Source: an uncultured Aliarcobacter sp. | GTDB lineage: Bacteria; Campylobacterota; Campylobacteria; Campylobacterales; Arcobacteraceae | Assembly: GCA_963677435.1 (NCBI GenBank) | Contig: OY781945.1 | Location: 1,376,001 to 1,440,000 of the forward strand | Reading direction: 5' to 3' | Length of the DNA: 64,000 nt | Shown: in pieces, positions 31,801 through 40,590 of the stretch | Layout of the letters: each line of letters starts with the position of its first letter | Numbering within the stretch: the stretch's first letter is position 1 | Made by a program: the position numbers and the translations under genes | Notes under the pieces: generated by a model | The model's input: only the letters and a program-made list of their open reading frames with translations | Databases searched by the model: none | What the model was told of the DNA's origin: nothing

Positions 31801-34800
31801 TGGAACAGTAAAATTAGCAGATAATAAAAATATAACGTCAGCAGTAATAACAAATGCAAATGATACAGGTACTTTAACATTGTTGGGGACATCAACAGTA
31901 AGTGGACAAGTAGGAGATTCAACAAATAAATTAAAAGTTGTAAACGCAGGAGCAAATGGTGCAACTACAACATTTAGCTCAGATGTTTATGCGACAAACC
32001 TAAATGTAACAGGAACAGGTGAAGTAGATTTAAATGGTAATTATACAGGAACAGCAATAACTTATAATGCAGATGGAACAGTAAAATTAGCAGATAATAA
32101 AAATATAACGTCAGCAGTAATAACAAATGCAAATGATACAGGTACTTTAACATTGTTGGGTACATCAACAGTAAGTGGACAAGTAGGAGATTCAACAAAT
32201 AAATTAAAAGTTGTAAACGCAGGAGCAAATGGTGCAACTACAACATTTAGCTCAGATGTTTATGCGACAAACCTAAATGTAACAGGAACAGGTGAAGTAG
32301 ATTTAAATGGTAATTATACAGGAACAGCAATAACTTATAATGCAGATGGAACAGTAAAATTAGCAGATAATAAAAATATAACGTCAGCAGTAATAACAAA
32401 TGCAAATGATACAGGTACTTTAACATTGTTGGGTACATCAACAGTAAGTGGACAAGTAGGAGATTCAACAAATAAATTAAAAGTTGTAAACGCAGGAGCA
32501 AATGGTGCAACTACAACATTTAGCTCAGATGTTTATGCAACAACTACAAATATAGCATCGGGTGAAATAAAATTTGAGTCAGATTTAACAAGTAATATTA
32601 TTGCTTTAACTTCTGATAATGGTATTGTGACTTTTGTTGGTGATACATTAGGAAAAACTCAAAATGTTACAGGAAATATTGGAAGTTTAGCTAATTCAAT
32701 AAATACTTTGAATATTGGAGATGGAGGAATTGGTAATTACTCTAAAACAGTAATAAATGGAAACGTATATGCAACAAATACAGTTTTAAATAATGAAACT
32801 TCAAATAATTCTACATTAGAACTAGCAGATGGTTCAAATATAACTTCAACTATAAAAACTTCTGCTGATGGTCAAGGTATTTTAACTTTTGTAGGTGATT
32901 CAATTGCAACTGGAATAATAGGAACAAACACAGAAAAATTAGCACAAATAAACGCAGGAGCTACTGGAAAAACCGTTACATTTAATTCATCAGTAAATTC
33001 AGATAATTTAAATTTTTCAGGTGATGGAACAGTAATTTTAGCTGATAATGCAAATATAAATGCGCCAGTAACAACTTCAACAGATAATCAAGGAACATTA
33101 ACTTTTAATGGTACTTCAACAGTAAGTGGACAAGTTGGAACAAGTGGTGTAAAATTAAAAGAGATAAATGCAGGTGCAGATGGAAAGGTAGCAACCTTTA
33201 GTTCAGATGTGTATGCCACAAACCTAAATGTAACAGGAACAGGAGCTGTAGATTTAAATGGAGATACATCATCAGATATAGTTTTTGCCAATGATGGAAC
33301 AGTTAATGTAGCAGATGGAAAAGGTATTTTAGGTTCTGTTCAAACTCTTTCTAATAATACTGGAATCTTAAATTATAAGGGTGATGGGACTATTTCAGCT
33401 GATATAGGAAGTAGTATTACTAGTGGAATTAAAGAACTTAATATTAATACTAATAATGAACAAAATACTCCAGATGGTGTTTTAGTTACAGTTGTTGGTT
33501 TAGCAAGAGAACTTTATGCTGATGTTATTGCACTAAAAAATAATGCTACTTTAACATTAGCTGATAATGCAAATATTACAAATTCTGGTTCTGATAATAT
33601 TCTTGTAACAACAGATGTTACAAATACAGGAAAATTAACTTTCCAAGGAACTTCTAATATTATTGGTGAAGTTGGACAAAGTAATAAAGTTTTAAATACT
33701 ATAAATGCAGGTGCAACAGCTGAAACAGTTACTTTTAATGATATGGTTTATGCAACAAATTTAAAATATTCTGGTAATGGTAAAGTTGTATTAAATGGAG
33801 ATACAGCATCTAATACAGCAGAAGGTATGGTTGGAACTATAGATTTAAATAATACCACTGGTACTTTAGCAATTGGAGATAATGTAAATTTAAGTGTAGA
33901 TTCAAGTGGAATACAGTTTGCTAATGCTAATGATGCTGTTTTAGAATTTGTAGGAAATACTATAGTTACAGGAGTTCTGGGTGGAAATACTGCTGGAAAC
34001 TCTACTTTTGAAAGAATTTATGCAGGTGCGGATAGTTCAACAGTTACATTTAAAAATGATGTTCATGTAGAAGAGAGTAATGATACTACACTTCATGTTA
34101 GTGGAACAGGAACTGTTAATTTTGAAGGTGATTTAATAGGTGACTTAATTTATGATGCTGATGGTATTGTAAATGTTAGTGATACTAAATCAATTATTGT
34201 CTCAACAGTTCCTACTGCTGTTAGAACTCAAACAGATAATACAGGTACTTTAAATTTCTTAGGAACAACAACACTTTATTCTGATATTGGTACAGAAACG
34301 CTAAAGCTTAAAAATGTTTCTTTTGCTTCAGAGGGTACAAGTTCTGATACTTATACTCAAACTATAAATAAAAATATATATGCTCAAAATACATATATTG
34401 GTAATAGCTCAAATTCTGTAACAGTAAATGTTTCTGATGATATTATTTTTGGTGGAAATTTAGATTTAAGAGATAATACAACTTTAAATGTAAGTGATAA
34501 TGATATTACAGTAAAAGATACTTTAACAATGGCAAGTAATTCAAAAATTAATTTTAAAGTTTATACAACAGATTTAAGTGCAGGTCAAGCGGTTGAAAAT
34601 GCAAATTCTGGAAGTATAACTGCAAGTAGCCTTACGATGGCTAGTGATGCAAAAATTAATATTGATTATGTAGGTAGTTGGTATGGAGCAGGAAAATATA
34701 ATCTGATTACTGCAAGTAGCGTAACAGGTACTTATTATGGTACAGAAGCAAATGGTTTAGTAAGTGATAATAGTATTATTGATTCTATTGTAAAAATAGA

Positions 34801-36043
34801 TGGAACAAATCTTACCTTATTTGCTGATAGAACAGGTGGTGGATCTTATGATGCAGATGATTTATATATTGTTAAATCTGAAATAGGAGATCATTATTCA
34901 AATGGAGCTTCTCAAGCATTAGCAGGTTATGCTAATGAAGCAGATAGACAAGGTGCGTTAGCTGATATAATTAGAAATTTAGAAGAGTTACAAGGTGGTA
35001 CAACTCTTAGTGCTGCTAAAAAAGCGGAAATGATTAAAACTCAAAAATTATTAGCACCAGTTGCAAACAATTCAGGAATCCAATCTACAATAATTGCATC
35101 AAATCTTGTTTTATCTACAATAAAAGACAGAATGTCTGATCTTAGAGGTTCAACTAGTATGGATTTCATTCCTTATTCAGGATATTCTTCTGGAGATAGC
35201 GGGCTTGATAATTCATTATGGATTAAAGCCTTAGCTTCGAAAGCAACCCAATCTAAAGTAAAAGATTATGATGGTTATGATTCAAAAAGTTCTGGATTTG
35301 TAGCTGGTTATGATAGAACTTTAAAAGATGGAACAACACTAGGAGTTGCAGTAGCTCACTCAAATACAAAAGTTGACCAATCAGATTTTAGAAAAGGTGA
35401 TACATCAGAAACAAAAAGTACGCAACTTACAATTTATGCAGAAAAAGAGTTTGGTGATGCTTATGTTGATGGATTATTATCTTACGCAAAACACTCAACA
35501 GATGCAATAAGAACTGCTAATTCAGGTCAATTATCTTCAACAGTATCAGCTGATCAATTATCAGCAAAAATTGAACTAGGATACAGAGTATATTTTGAAG
35601 ATATTGCTACATTAACTCCATTTGCTTCTGTTGAATATGGTACTTTAAATCAAAAAGCATATACTGAAAAAGGTACTACATATCAAAATGATGCTTTAAA
35701 AGTTGATTCTGTTAAAATGAATAAAGGAACAGTAGGAGTTGGTGCAAAACTTACAACAAATGTAAATCTTGGAGACGCTCTAATAATTCCAGAATTAAGA
35801 CTTGCCGTTTATAATTCTATTGGAGATACTAATGCAGATATTAAAGCTCAATATGTTGGTGGAGGGAATCAATTTATAACCCCAACAGAAGATTTAAATA
35901 AAACAATTTATAACGCTGGTGCTGGACTTAATACTACACTTAGTGACTCTTCAAGTTTAATTTTTGGAGTAGATTATGATAGAAGTAAAGATGGTAAGTT
36001 TGTAGGCTATTCTGGAAATGTATCATTTAAACTTAGTTTCTAA
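28820..36043 (+). CDS. Giant autotransporter adhesin (2407 aa) with tandem 91-aa passenger repeats
   Basis: Extended signal region (FRILKGGKI...ANA), T/N/G-rich beta-helical passenger and a C-terminal beta-barrel of about 300 aa ending VSFKLSF; AAGGAG RBS. Confidence 0.92.
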   Translation: MTFRVVDTRFRILKGGKIGLSLSIALIAGMSTLGSINANATDYFTDVNAGLSTNNYTSGSISLDLQTAGNTGIISVVRTENTSDDIVFKPTSWANSYYDVPSYSSDYYGDASNQQAFTLNKTIDSLVLNLTLASGANTGNISRNATTIYNTDATITVFASDTKNLIQTTSTAYITNLILQGNNTVSGTTDIGNGNIQLDGSATFTGSVTAGSIDVNTTNAVTFNSAVDLSAGTNTLSFNTTGNVILNSDLNGNVTTTANNQGTLTTTGLTQTITGNIGSSVSSDLNTLNIGSSTNSTNYSVTTINGNVYSNSTVLNNNGTTNSSELILSSGKNITSSISTADANMGILTLAGGTQTVTGQVGTNTERLAQINSGANGATSSFVNDVYAVNVTNTGTGTTTFQNDVVATNANVNAGTTTFQDNLTATTTTITTGTGNFNTVSGTTISDIVFSGTGTANLYADLRGNVTTTADNQGILTIIGSSTGKNQTIDGNIGSSSSLDLSTLNIGETGASTNYTVTTITGNVYANNTVLNNGTTNSSELILSSGKNIISNITTADNGKGILTLEGGIQTVTGTVGGTGALLKTVNAGANGATTTFSSDVYATNLNVTGTGEVDLNGNYTGTAITYNADGTVKLADNKNITSAVITNANDTGTLTLLGTSTVSGQVGDSTNKLKVVNAGANGATTTFSSDVYATNLNVTGTGEVDLNGNYTGTAITYNADGTVKLADNKNITSAVITNANDTGTLTLLGTSTVSGQVGDSTNKLKVVNAGANGATTTFSSDVYATNLNVTGTGEVDLNGNYTGTAITYNADGTVKLADNKNITSAVITNANDTGTLTLLGTSTVSGQVGDSTNKLKVVNAGANGEIGTFSSDVYATNLNVTGTGEVDLNGNYTGTAITYNADGTVKLADNKNITSAVITNANDTGTLTLLGTSTVSGQVGDSTNKLKVVNAGANGATTTFSSDVYATNLNVTGTGEVDLNGNYTGTAITYNADGTVKLADNKNITSAVITNANDTGTLTLLGTSTVSGQVGDSTNKLKVVNAGANGATTTFSSDVYATNLNVTGTGEVDLNGNYTGTAITYNADGTVKLADNKNITSAVITNANDTGTLTLLGTSTVSGQVGDSTNKLKVVNAGANGATTTFSSDVYATNLNVTGTGEVDLNGNYTGTAITYNADGTVKLADNKNITSAVITNANDTGTLTLLGTSTVSGQVGDSTNKLKVVNAGANGATTTFSSDVYATTTNIASGEIKFESDLTSNIIALTSDNGIVTFVGDTLGKTQNVTGNIGSLANSINTLNIGDGGIGNYSKTVINGNVYATNTVLNNETSNNSTLELADGSNITSTIKTSADGQGILTFVGDSIATGIIGTNTEKLAQINAGATGKTVTFNSSVNSDNLNFSGDGTVILADNANINAPVTTSTDNQGTLTFNGTSTVSGQVGTSGVKLKEINAGADGKVATFSSDVYATNLNVTGTGAVDLNGDTSSDIVFANDGTVNVADGKGILGSVQTLSNNTGILNYKGDGTISADIGSSITSGIKELNINTNNEQNTPDGVLVTVVGLARELYADVIALKNNATLTLADNANITNSGSDNILVTTDVTNTGKLTFQGTSNIIGEVGQSNKVLNTINAGATAETVTFNDMVYATNLKYSGNGKVVLNGDTASNTAEGMVGTIDLNNTTGTLAIGDNVNLSVDSSGIQFANANDAVLEFVGNTIVTGVLGGNTAGNSTFERIYAGADSSTVTFKNDVHVEESNDTTLHVSGTGTVNFEGDLIGDLIYDADGIVNVSDTKSIIVSTVPTAVRTQTDNTGTLNFLGTTTLYSDIGTETLKLKNVSFASEGTSSDTYTQTINKNIYAQNTYIGNSSNSVTVNVSDDIIFGGNLDLRDNTTLNVSDNDITVKDTLTMASNSKINFKVYTTDLSAGQAVENANSGSITASSLTMASDAKINIDYVGSWYGAGKYNLITASSVTGTYYGTEANGLVSDNSIIDSIVKIDGTNLTLFADRTGGGSYDADDLYIVKSEIGDHYSNGASQALAGYANEADRQGALADIIRNLEELQGGTTLSAAKKAEMIKTQKLLAPVANNSGIQSTIIASNLVLSTIKDRMSDLRGSTSMDFIPYSGYSSGDSGLDNSLWIKALASKATQSKVKDYDGYDSKSSGFVAGYDRTLKDGTTLGVAVAHSNTKVDQSDFRKGDTSETKSTQLTIYAEKEFGDAYVDGLLSYAKHSTDAIRTANSGQLSSTVSADQLSAKIELGYRVYFEDIATLTPFASVEYGTLNQKAYTEKGTTYQNDALKVDSVKMNKGTVGVGAKLTTNVNLGDALIIPELRLAVYNSIGDTNADIKAQYVGGGNQFITPTEDLNKTIYNAGAGLNTTLSDSSSLIFGVDYDRSKDGKFVGYSGNVSFKLSF
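30575..32538 (+). repeat. Intragenic tandem repeat, 7 x 273 bp plus a 53-bp partial copy
   Basis: Units start at 30575, 30848, 31121, 31394, 31667, 31940, 32213 and 32486. They are near-identical, differing at one GGT/GGG site and one ATT->EIG patch. Confidence 0.97.
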
Positions 36044-36066
36044 TTATTTTATAAAAAAGGGTAAAA

Positions 36067-36801
36067 ATGAAAAAAATTATAACATTAGCTTTATGTAGTT
36101 TTTTATTTAATGTAAATCTATTTTCATCAGATGAAAAAGAGATAGTCTCTTTTACTGCACAAAAACATAAAGTTGACTTTTATAAACAAAACTCAAAAGT
36201 AAAAGATGCTTTAGCTAATGAGTATGAAAAAGTAGAAAAATTAGCACAAATTTTAGAAAAAGGTGTGATGAAAGATGATGTTAATTTAAAAACTGCAAAA
36301 AATATCATTACAGTTGATATTTGGAGTGAAAAGTTTTTAAGAAGTTATATTCCCACTGAAGTTGAATTAAATGAACTATTCAAAATAGAAAAACCGAGAA
36401 TCGTTGCAAAATATGAATTGAGAAATATTTTAGTAACTTATGAAGAAAATGCAGATAAAATTATCAGTGCTTTAAATAGAACTAAAACAAAAAAAGATAG
36501 ACAAGAATCTTTTATAAAATATGTAAAATCAGTTTCAAATGATTTAGCTTCAAAACAAAAAGATGGATTAAGTGATTTAGTTGATATTAATAAATTAAAT
36601 GCAGAGATTAAATCTGCATTAGAAGGTAAAAATGAGGGTGATATAGTAAAAGTAAATCTAAAAGACATCGGCACTCAGATTATTCTTATAGAAAAGTTTA
36701 TTCCTGAAAAAGAAGCCACTTTTGAAGAATCAAAAGATGCTTTAATTAATCTAGCAAAAAGAAAAGCATTAGCTAAAGAAATAGATTTATTATTAAAATA
36801 G
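36067..36801 (+). CDS. Periplasmic PEB4/PrsA-like parvulin-domain chaperone (degenerate active site)
   Basis: Signal peptide; RNILV..E..A..II, F..YVKSVS.D.ASK..DG and GTQII align with the parvulin HILV / FGYHII motifs; TFEESK tail. Confidence 0.7.
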   Translation: MKKIITLALCSFLFNVNLFSSDEKEIVSFTAQKHKVDFYKQNSKVKDALANEYEKVEKLAQILEKGVMKDDVNLKTAKNIITVDIWSEKFLRSYIPTEVELNELFKIEKPRIVAKYELRNILVTYEENADKIISALNRTKTKKDRQESFIKYVKSVSNDLASKQKDGLSDLVDINKLNAEIKSALEGKNEGDIVKVNLKDIGTQIILIEKFIPEKEATFEESKDALINLAKRKALAKEIDLLLK

Positions 36802-36802
36802 C

Positions 36803-37624
36803 ATGAAATTATATCTCTTAATTTTTTTAATAATAACTTTTTTCACTGGTTGTTTAAGTACTATTCCAACACCACAAGATAGAGAAAAAACTCTAATTTC
36901 TTTAAAAAATAAAGAGTTTTCTTTAGTTAATATTCAAACTTCTTATTTTCTTTTATTATCTTTACAAAAAAATATTAAAAACTGTGAAAACAAAGATTTA
37001 AAAGTTTATATAGAAGGTGATGGTTTGTCTTGGATTACAAGAACAATTATCTCTTCAAATCCAACACCAATAAATCCAACAGCTTTAAAACTTATGAATC
37101 AAGACTCATCAGAATGCAAAGTATATCTTGCAAGACCTTGTCAATATTTAGACTCTAGTGAATGTAGCAAAAAATATTGGACTAGCAATAGATTTGATCC
37201 AAAAGTTATAAAAAGTTTTGATGAAGCGTTAAACACACTTAAAAACAGATATAAAAATAAGAGTTTTACATTAGTTGGATATTCAGGTGGTGCAGCAGTT
37301 GCAGCATTAGTCTCTTCACAAAGAGATGATATAAGTAAATTTATTAGTGTTGCTGGAAATTTAGATACTTCTAAATGGACTTCAATTCATAATATATCTG
37401 CTTTAGATGGATCATTGAATCCAGCAGATTTCACAAAAGGGCTTGAAAATATCGAACAATACCATTTAATAGGTAATCAAGATGATAATATTCCTAAAGA
37501 GGTTTTTTTATCATATCGTTCAAAATTTGATAAAAAAGATAAGATAAATTATAGATATTTTGATGCAAGGCATAATTGTTGTTGGGAAGAACCATATAAA
37601 AAGTTTTTGCAAGAATTAAAATAA
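36803..37624 (+). CDS. Alpha/beta-hydrolase lipoprotein
   Basis: Lipobox FTGC, VYIEGDG, YLARPCQY, nucleophile GYSGG, candidate Asp (GNQDDNIP) and His (ARHNCCW). Confidence 0.85.
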   Translation: MKLYLLIFLIITFFTGCLSTIPTPQDREKTLISLKNKEFSLVNIQTSYFLLLSLQKNIKNCENKDLKVYIEGDGLSWITRTIISSNPTPINPTALKLMNQDSSECKVYLARPCQYLDSSECSKKYWTSNRFDPKVIKSFDEALNTLKNRYKNKSFTLVGYSGGAAVAALVSSQRDDISKFISVAGNLDTSKWTSIHNISALDGSLNPADFTKGLENIEQYHLIGNQDDNIPKEVFLSYRSKFDKKDKINYRYFDARHNCCWEEPYKKFLQELK

Positions 37625-37636
37625 GAGATATTTCTC

Positions 37637-37662
37637 TTCCTCAAATTGGATAATTTGAGGAA
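37637..37662. terminator. Terminator closing the autotransporter operon
   Basis: TTCCTCAAATT-GGAT-AATTTGAGGAA. Confidence 0.75.
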
Positions 37663-37668
37663 AAAGAG

Positions 37669-38358
37669 TTATTTATTTTGTACTTTCATTCTAAAGTATC
37701 TAGGGAAATTGTTTTGTATTGACTTGTCTATTTCTACAGGAAAAGACTGAATAATTGAAGATTTAATAAGATTAAAATATTTTTTTTCTCCATCTACAAA
37801 AGTTAATTGTTCATAATTTCCATCTTTTAAAATTGTCAATCTTATATTTGTAAAATCATCACTTTTAATAAGATTTTTATCAACATTTTTTTCTATATTT
37901 GAATATATTTTCTCTTCAATACTTTGATTAAATAATGCAACTTTAGCTTTTTCATCAATTACTTGAACTTCAGGTTTTTCTTCTATCTCAACAACATTTC
38001 TCTCAGGTTCTTTAATCTGTTCAATTGTTTCTTCAATTGCTGGATTATCTTTGTTATTAATAACTTCTTCTATTTTTTCCCTTTGTGTTTGAGCTTCTTG
38101 AGGTAGATTTTGATTTGAAGTATCTACTTGTTCTGAAATCGTTTCATCTTTTTTAATTTCTTCTTTAGTAACCACATTATTAAGTAATTTTTCATGAATT
38201 AATGCTTCAACTTTTTGTTCTATTGTAGTTTTATTATCTTCAACTATCTCTTCTTTTTCATCACTTGAAAAAAAGAAACTATAAGCTAGATATATTAAAA
38301 CAGTGATTACTACAAGTATAAAAGTATCTTCAAAAAAAGATCTAGTTTTTGCTCTCAA
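37669..38358 (-). CDS. Membrane-anchored hypothetical protein with charged linker, possible TolA/TonB-like C-terminus
   Basis: One N-terminal TM segment, an E/K-rich linker and a small C-terminal alpha/beta domain. Confidence 0.6.
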   Translation of the reverse strand: MRAKTRSFFEDTFILVVITVLIYLAYSFFFSSDEKEEIVEDNKTTIEQKVEALIHEKLLNNVVTKEEIKKDETISEQVDTSNQNLPQEAQTQREKIEEVINNKDNPAIEETIEQIKEPERNVVEIEEKPEVQVIDEKAKVALFNQSIEEKIYSNIEKNVDKNLIKSDDFTNIRLTILKDGNYEQLTFVDGEKKYFNLIKSSIIQSFPVEIDKSIQNNFPRYFRMKVQNK

Positions 38359-38382
38359 AGTATTTTCCTTTAGATTTTATTT

Positions 38383-39417
38383 TTATTTTTCAGCAGTATA
38401 AATTTCATCAAGTAAACTATCAACAAACTCATCAGGTGAAAACTCAACTAAATCATCTTGTTTTTCTCCAATCCCCACATAAAAGATTGGTAGTTCAAGT
38501 TGATTTGAGATTGAAAATAGTGCCCCACCTTTTGCAGTTCCATCTAGTTTTGTAACAATTATTCCATCAATTCCAACCATTTCATTAAATGCACGAGCTT
38601 GTGCAATTGCTGTATTTCCTTGTGTTCCATCTAAAATCATAAGTTTTTGGTGAGGAGCATCAGGCATTGCTTTTGTACAAACTTTTACTATTTTTTTAAG
38701 CTCGTTGTTTAGATTTGTTTGAGTTTGAAGTCTTCCTGCTGTATCAATAATTACATTATCAATATTTCTTGCCATTGCTGCACTTATTGTATCATATGCA
38801 ACAGCTGAAGCATCGTGTCCTTGTTTTGTTTTGATTATTGGAACATCAAGTTTTGCAGCCCAAGTTGAAAGTTGCTCAATAGCTGCTGCTCTAAAAGTAT
38901 CTCCAGCTCCTAAAATAACAGATTTTCCTTGTTTTTTAGAAATATTTGCAAGTTTTGCAATAGTTGTCGTTTTTCCAGCTCCATTAACACCAATAATAAG
39001 TCTTACAAATGGTTTTGGCAGATTTGATAAATCTACATCTGGTGCATGTTCAAAAAGCATAACAAGTCTATGTCTTAACTGTTTTCTAGTGATTTCAGAT
39101 GGAAGTCCATCCATTGCTTTTTCAATGATTTCATATTCCATATCAGCTTCAATTAAAAGTTCTTGAATATCATCAAAAGATATTTTTTCCTTTTTTTGAG
39201 GAACAACAGTTTTAATAGTTGCAAATGTTTTTTCTAAAGCTCTTGAAAAAAATCCTTTTTGATCTTCTTCTTTCTCTGCTTCCTCTTTTTGAATAATTTC
39301 TTCATTTTTTATTTCAACAGGATTTGCATAAACTTGATTATTTTCAAGCTGCTCTGCAGGAACTTCTTTATGTTCTAAATTACTTTCTTCTTTTTTCTTT
39401 TTAAAAAAACTGAACAT
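38383..39417 (-). CDS. ftsY: SRP receptor FtsY
   Basis: GVNGAGKTTT, DTFRAAA, DTAGR and TKLDGTAKGG. Confidence 0.97.
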   Translation of the reverse strand: MFSFFKKKKEESNLEHKEVPAEQLENNQVYANPVEIKNEEIIQKEEAEKEEDQKGFFSRALEKTFATIKTVVPQKKEKISFDDIQELLIEADMEYEIIEKAMDGLPSEITRKQLRHRLVMLFEHAPDVDLSNLPKPFVRLIIGVNGAGKTTTIAKLANISKKQGKSVILGAGDTFRAAAIEQLSTWAAKLDVPIIKTKQGHDASAVAYDTISAAMARNIDNVIIDTAGRLQTQTNLNNELKKIVKVCTKAMPDAPHQKLMILDGTQGNTAIAQARAFNEMVGIDGIIVTKLDGTAKGGALFSISNQLELPIFYVGIGEKQDDLVEFSPDEFVDSLLDEIYTAEK

Positions 39418-39427
39418 TAATTAACCT

Positions 39428-39985
39428 TTATTTTTCTAATACTTTTTTTATATCTACTTCTAACATTTCAGAGGGAACTAACCCCACATATTTTTGAAAT
39501 ACGGTGCTACTTTTATCAATTAAAAACATAGTTGGAATAGATTTTATTCCTCCTAAATTTCGAGCTAAATCAAATCCATCTGGAGAATTTACTACATCAT
39601 AATTAATATCAAAATCTTTCATAAATGCTTTTAACTCTTCATTTGTTTTCATCTCTTCAAGTAAAACTGAAATAACAACGAAGTCATTTTTATAGTCATT
39701 TTGTAATCTAACTAAATTAGGAATTTCAGCCTTACAAGGCGGACACCATGTTGCAAAAAAATCTAATAAAACAATTTTATTTGGATAATCTTTTAATATA
39801 ATTTTATCATTATCTAATTTTAGATTTATTATACCGTCATTTGTTGTTTTTAGTTGAAATTCACTGATTTTCTTTACTTTTTGTGTTGTTGTCTCTTTTG
39901 AATCTTCGTTTTTATCTTTAGAATCACACCCTGTAAATAATAAAATAGATAAAATTGACAAAAATGCTAAAGTTTTAAACTGCAT
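39428..39985 (-). CDS. TlpA-family disulfide reductase lipoprotein
   Basis: Lipobox FTGC and FFATWCPPC. Start moved to ATG 39985 (MQFK) behind an AAGGAA RBS. Confidence 0.9.
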   Translation of the reverse strand: MQFKTLAFLSILSILLFTGCDSKDKNEDSKETTTQKVKKISEFQLKTTNDGIINLKLDNDKIILKDYPNKIVLLDFFATWCPPCKAEIPNLVRLQNDYKNDFVVISVLLEEMKTNEELKAFMKDFDINYDVVNSPDGFDLARNLGGIKSIPTMFLIDKSSTVFQKYVGLVPSEMLEVDIKKVLEK

Positions 39986-39995
39986 TTTAATTCCT

Positions 39996-40033
39996 TTGGG
40001 TAAAATTATTTGTTGGGTAGAAATTTTACCCAA
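39996..40033. promoter_or_regulatory. 12-bp inverted repeat in a compact divergent promoter
   Basis: TTGGGTAAAATT-N14-AATTTTACCCAA, with an extra TTGGGTA in the spacer. Confidence 0.45.
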
Positions 40034-40046
40034 GTGAGGCTTAAAT

Positions 40047-40586
40047 ATGAAAAATGATCACAAAAGTGATTTTAGGAAATCGTCTATCAAGAGATTAGAA
40101 TTTACAAGCCTTTTTTTAAAGTATTACAAAAATAAAATAATTGTTAAAAAATTAGAAGACTTTATAAAACGAAGTGGTTCAAAAAATATTTTGTTGTATA
40201 TACCTTTAGGTATAGAAGTTGATGTAAAGCCGTTGATAAAAAATTTAAGAAAAACAAAAAATAAAAATGTATATGTACCATTTATGCAAGGGGAGAGTTT
40301 CAAAATTGTTAAATATAGATTACCCTTACATAAAAAGAGATTTGGAATAAAAGAACCAAATAACTCTTTTTTTAAAGCTAGAAAAATAGACTTAGCCATT
40401 GTTCCAATTGTAGGAATTGATAAACTAGGAAAAAGAATAGGCTTTGGAAAAGGAATGTATGATAGATTTTTTGATAAATTAGATTATAAACCAACGATAG
40501 TTTTTACACAGTTAGTACTTTGCAAAAGTGAAAAAATTCTATCTGATAATTACGATATTCAAGCTAATTATATAATAACAAATTAA
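40047..40586 (+). CDS. 5-formyltetrahydrofolate cyclo-ligase
   Basis: FGIKEP, AIVPIVG and RIGFGKGMYDR. Confidence 0.92.
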   Translation: MKNDHKSDFRKSSIKRLEFTSLFLKYYKNKIIVKKLEDFIKRSGSKNILLYIPLGIEVDVKPLIKNLRKTKNKNVYVPFMQGESFKIVKYRLPLHKKRFGIKEPNNSFFKARKIDLAIVPIVGIDKLGKRIGFGKGMYDRFFDKLDYKPTIVFTQLVLCKSEKILSDNYDIQANYIITN

Positions 40587-40590
40587 GGTT

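Noticed and set aside
30609..32510. Seven repeated 87-90 aa minus-strand ORFs (MHHLLLRLQ...)
   Set aside because: Antisense shadows of the autotransporter repeat, with L/H/Y-biased composition.
30575..32538. Repeat array as CRISPR or mobile element
   Set aside because: The 273-bp in-frame coding units have no unique spacers, and there are no cas genes.
39986..40046. 6S RNA upstream of the 5-formyl-THF cyclo-ligase gene
   Set aside because: Only about 60 bp of intergenic space, too short for a 6S RNA of about 180 nt.
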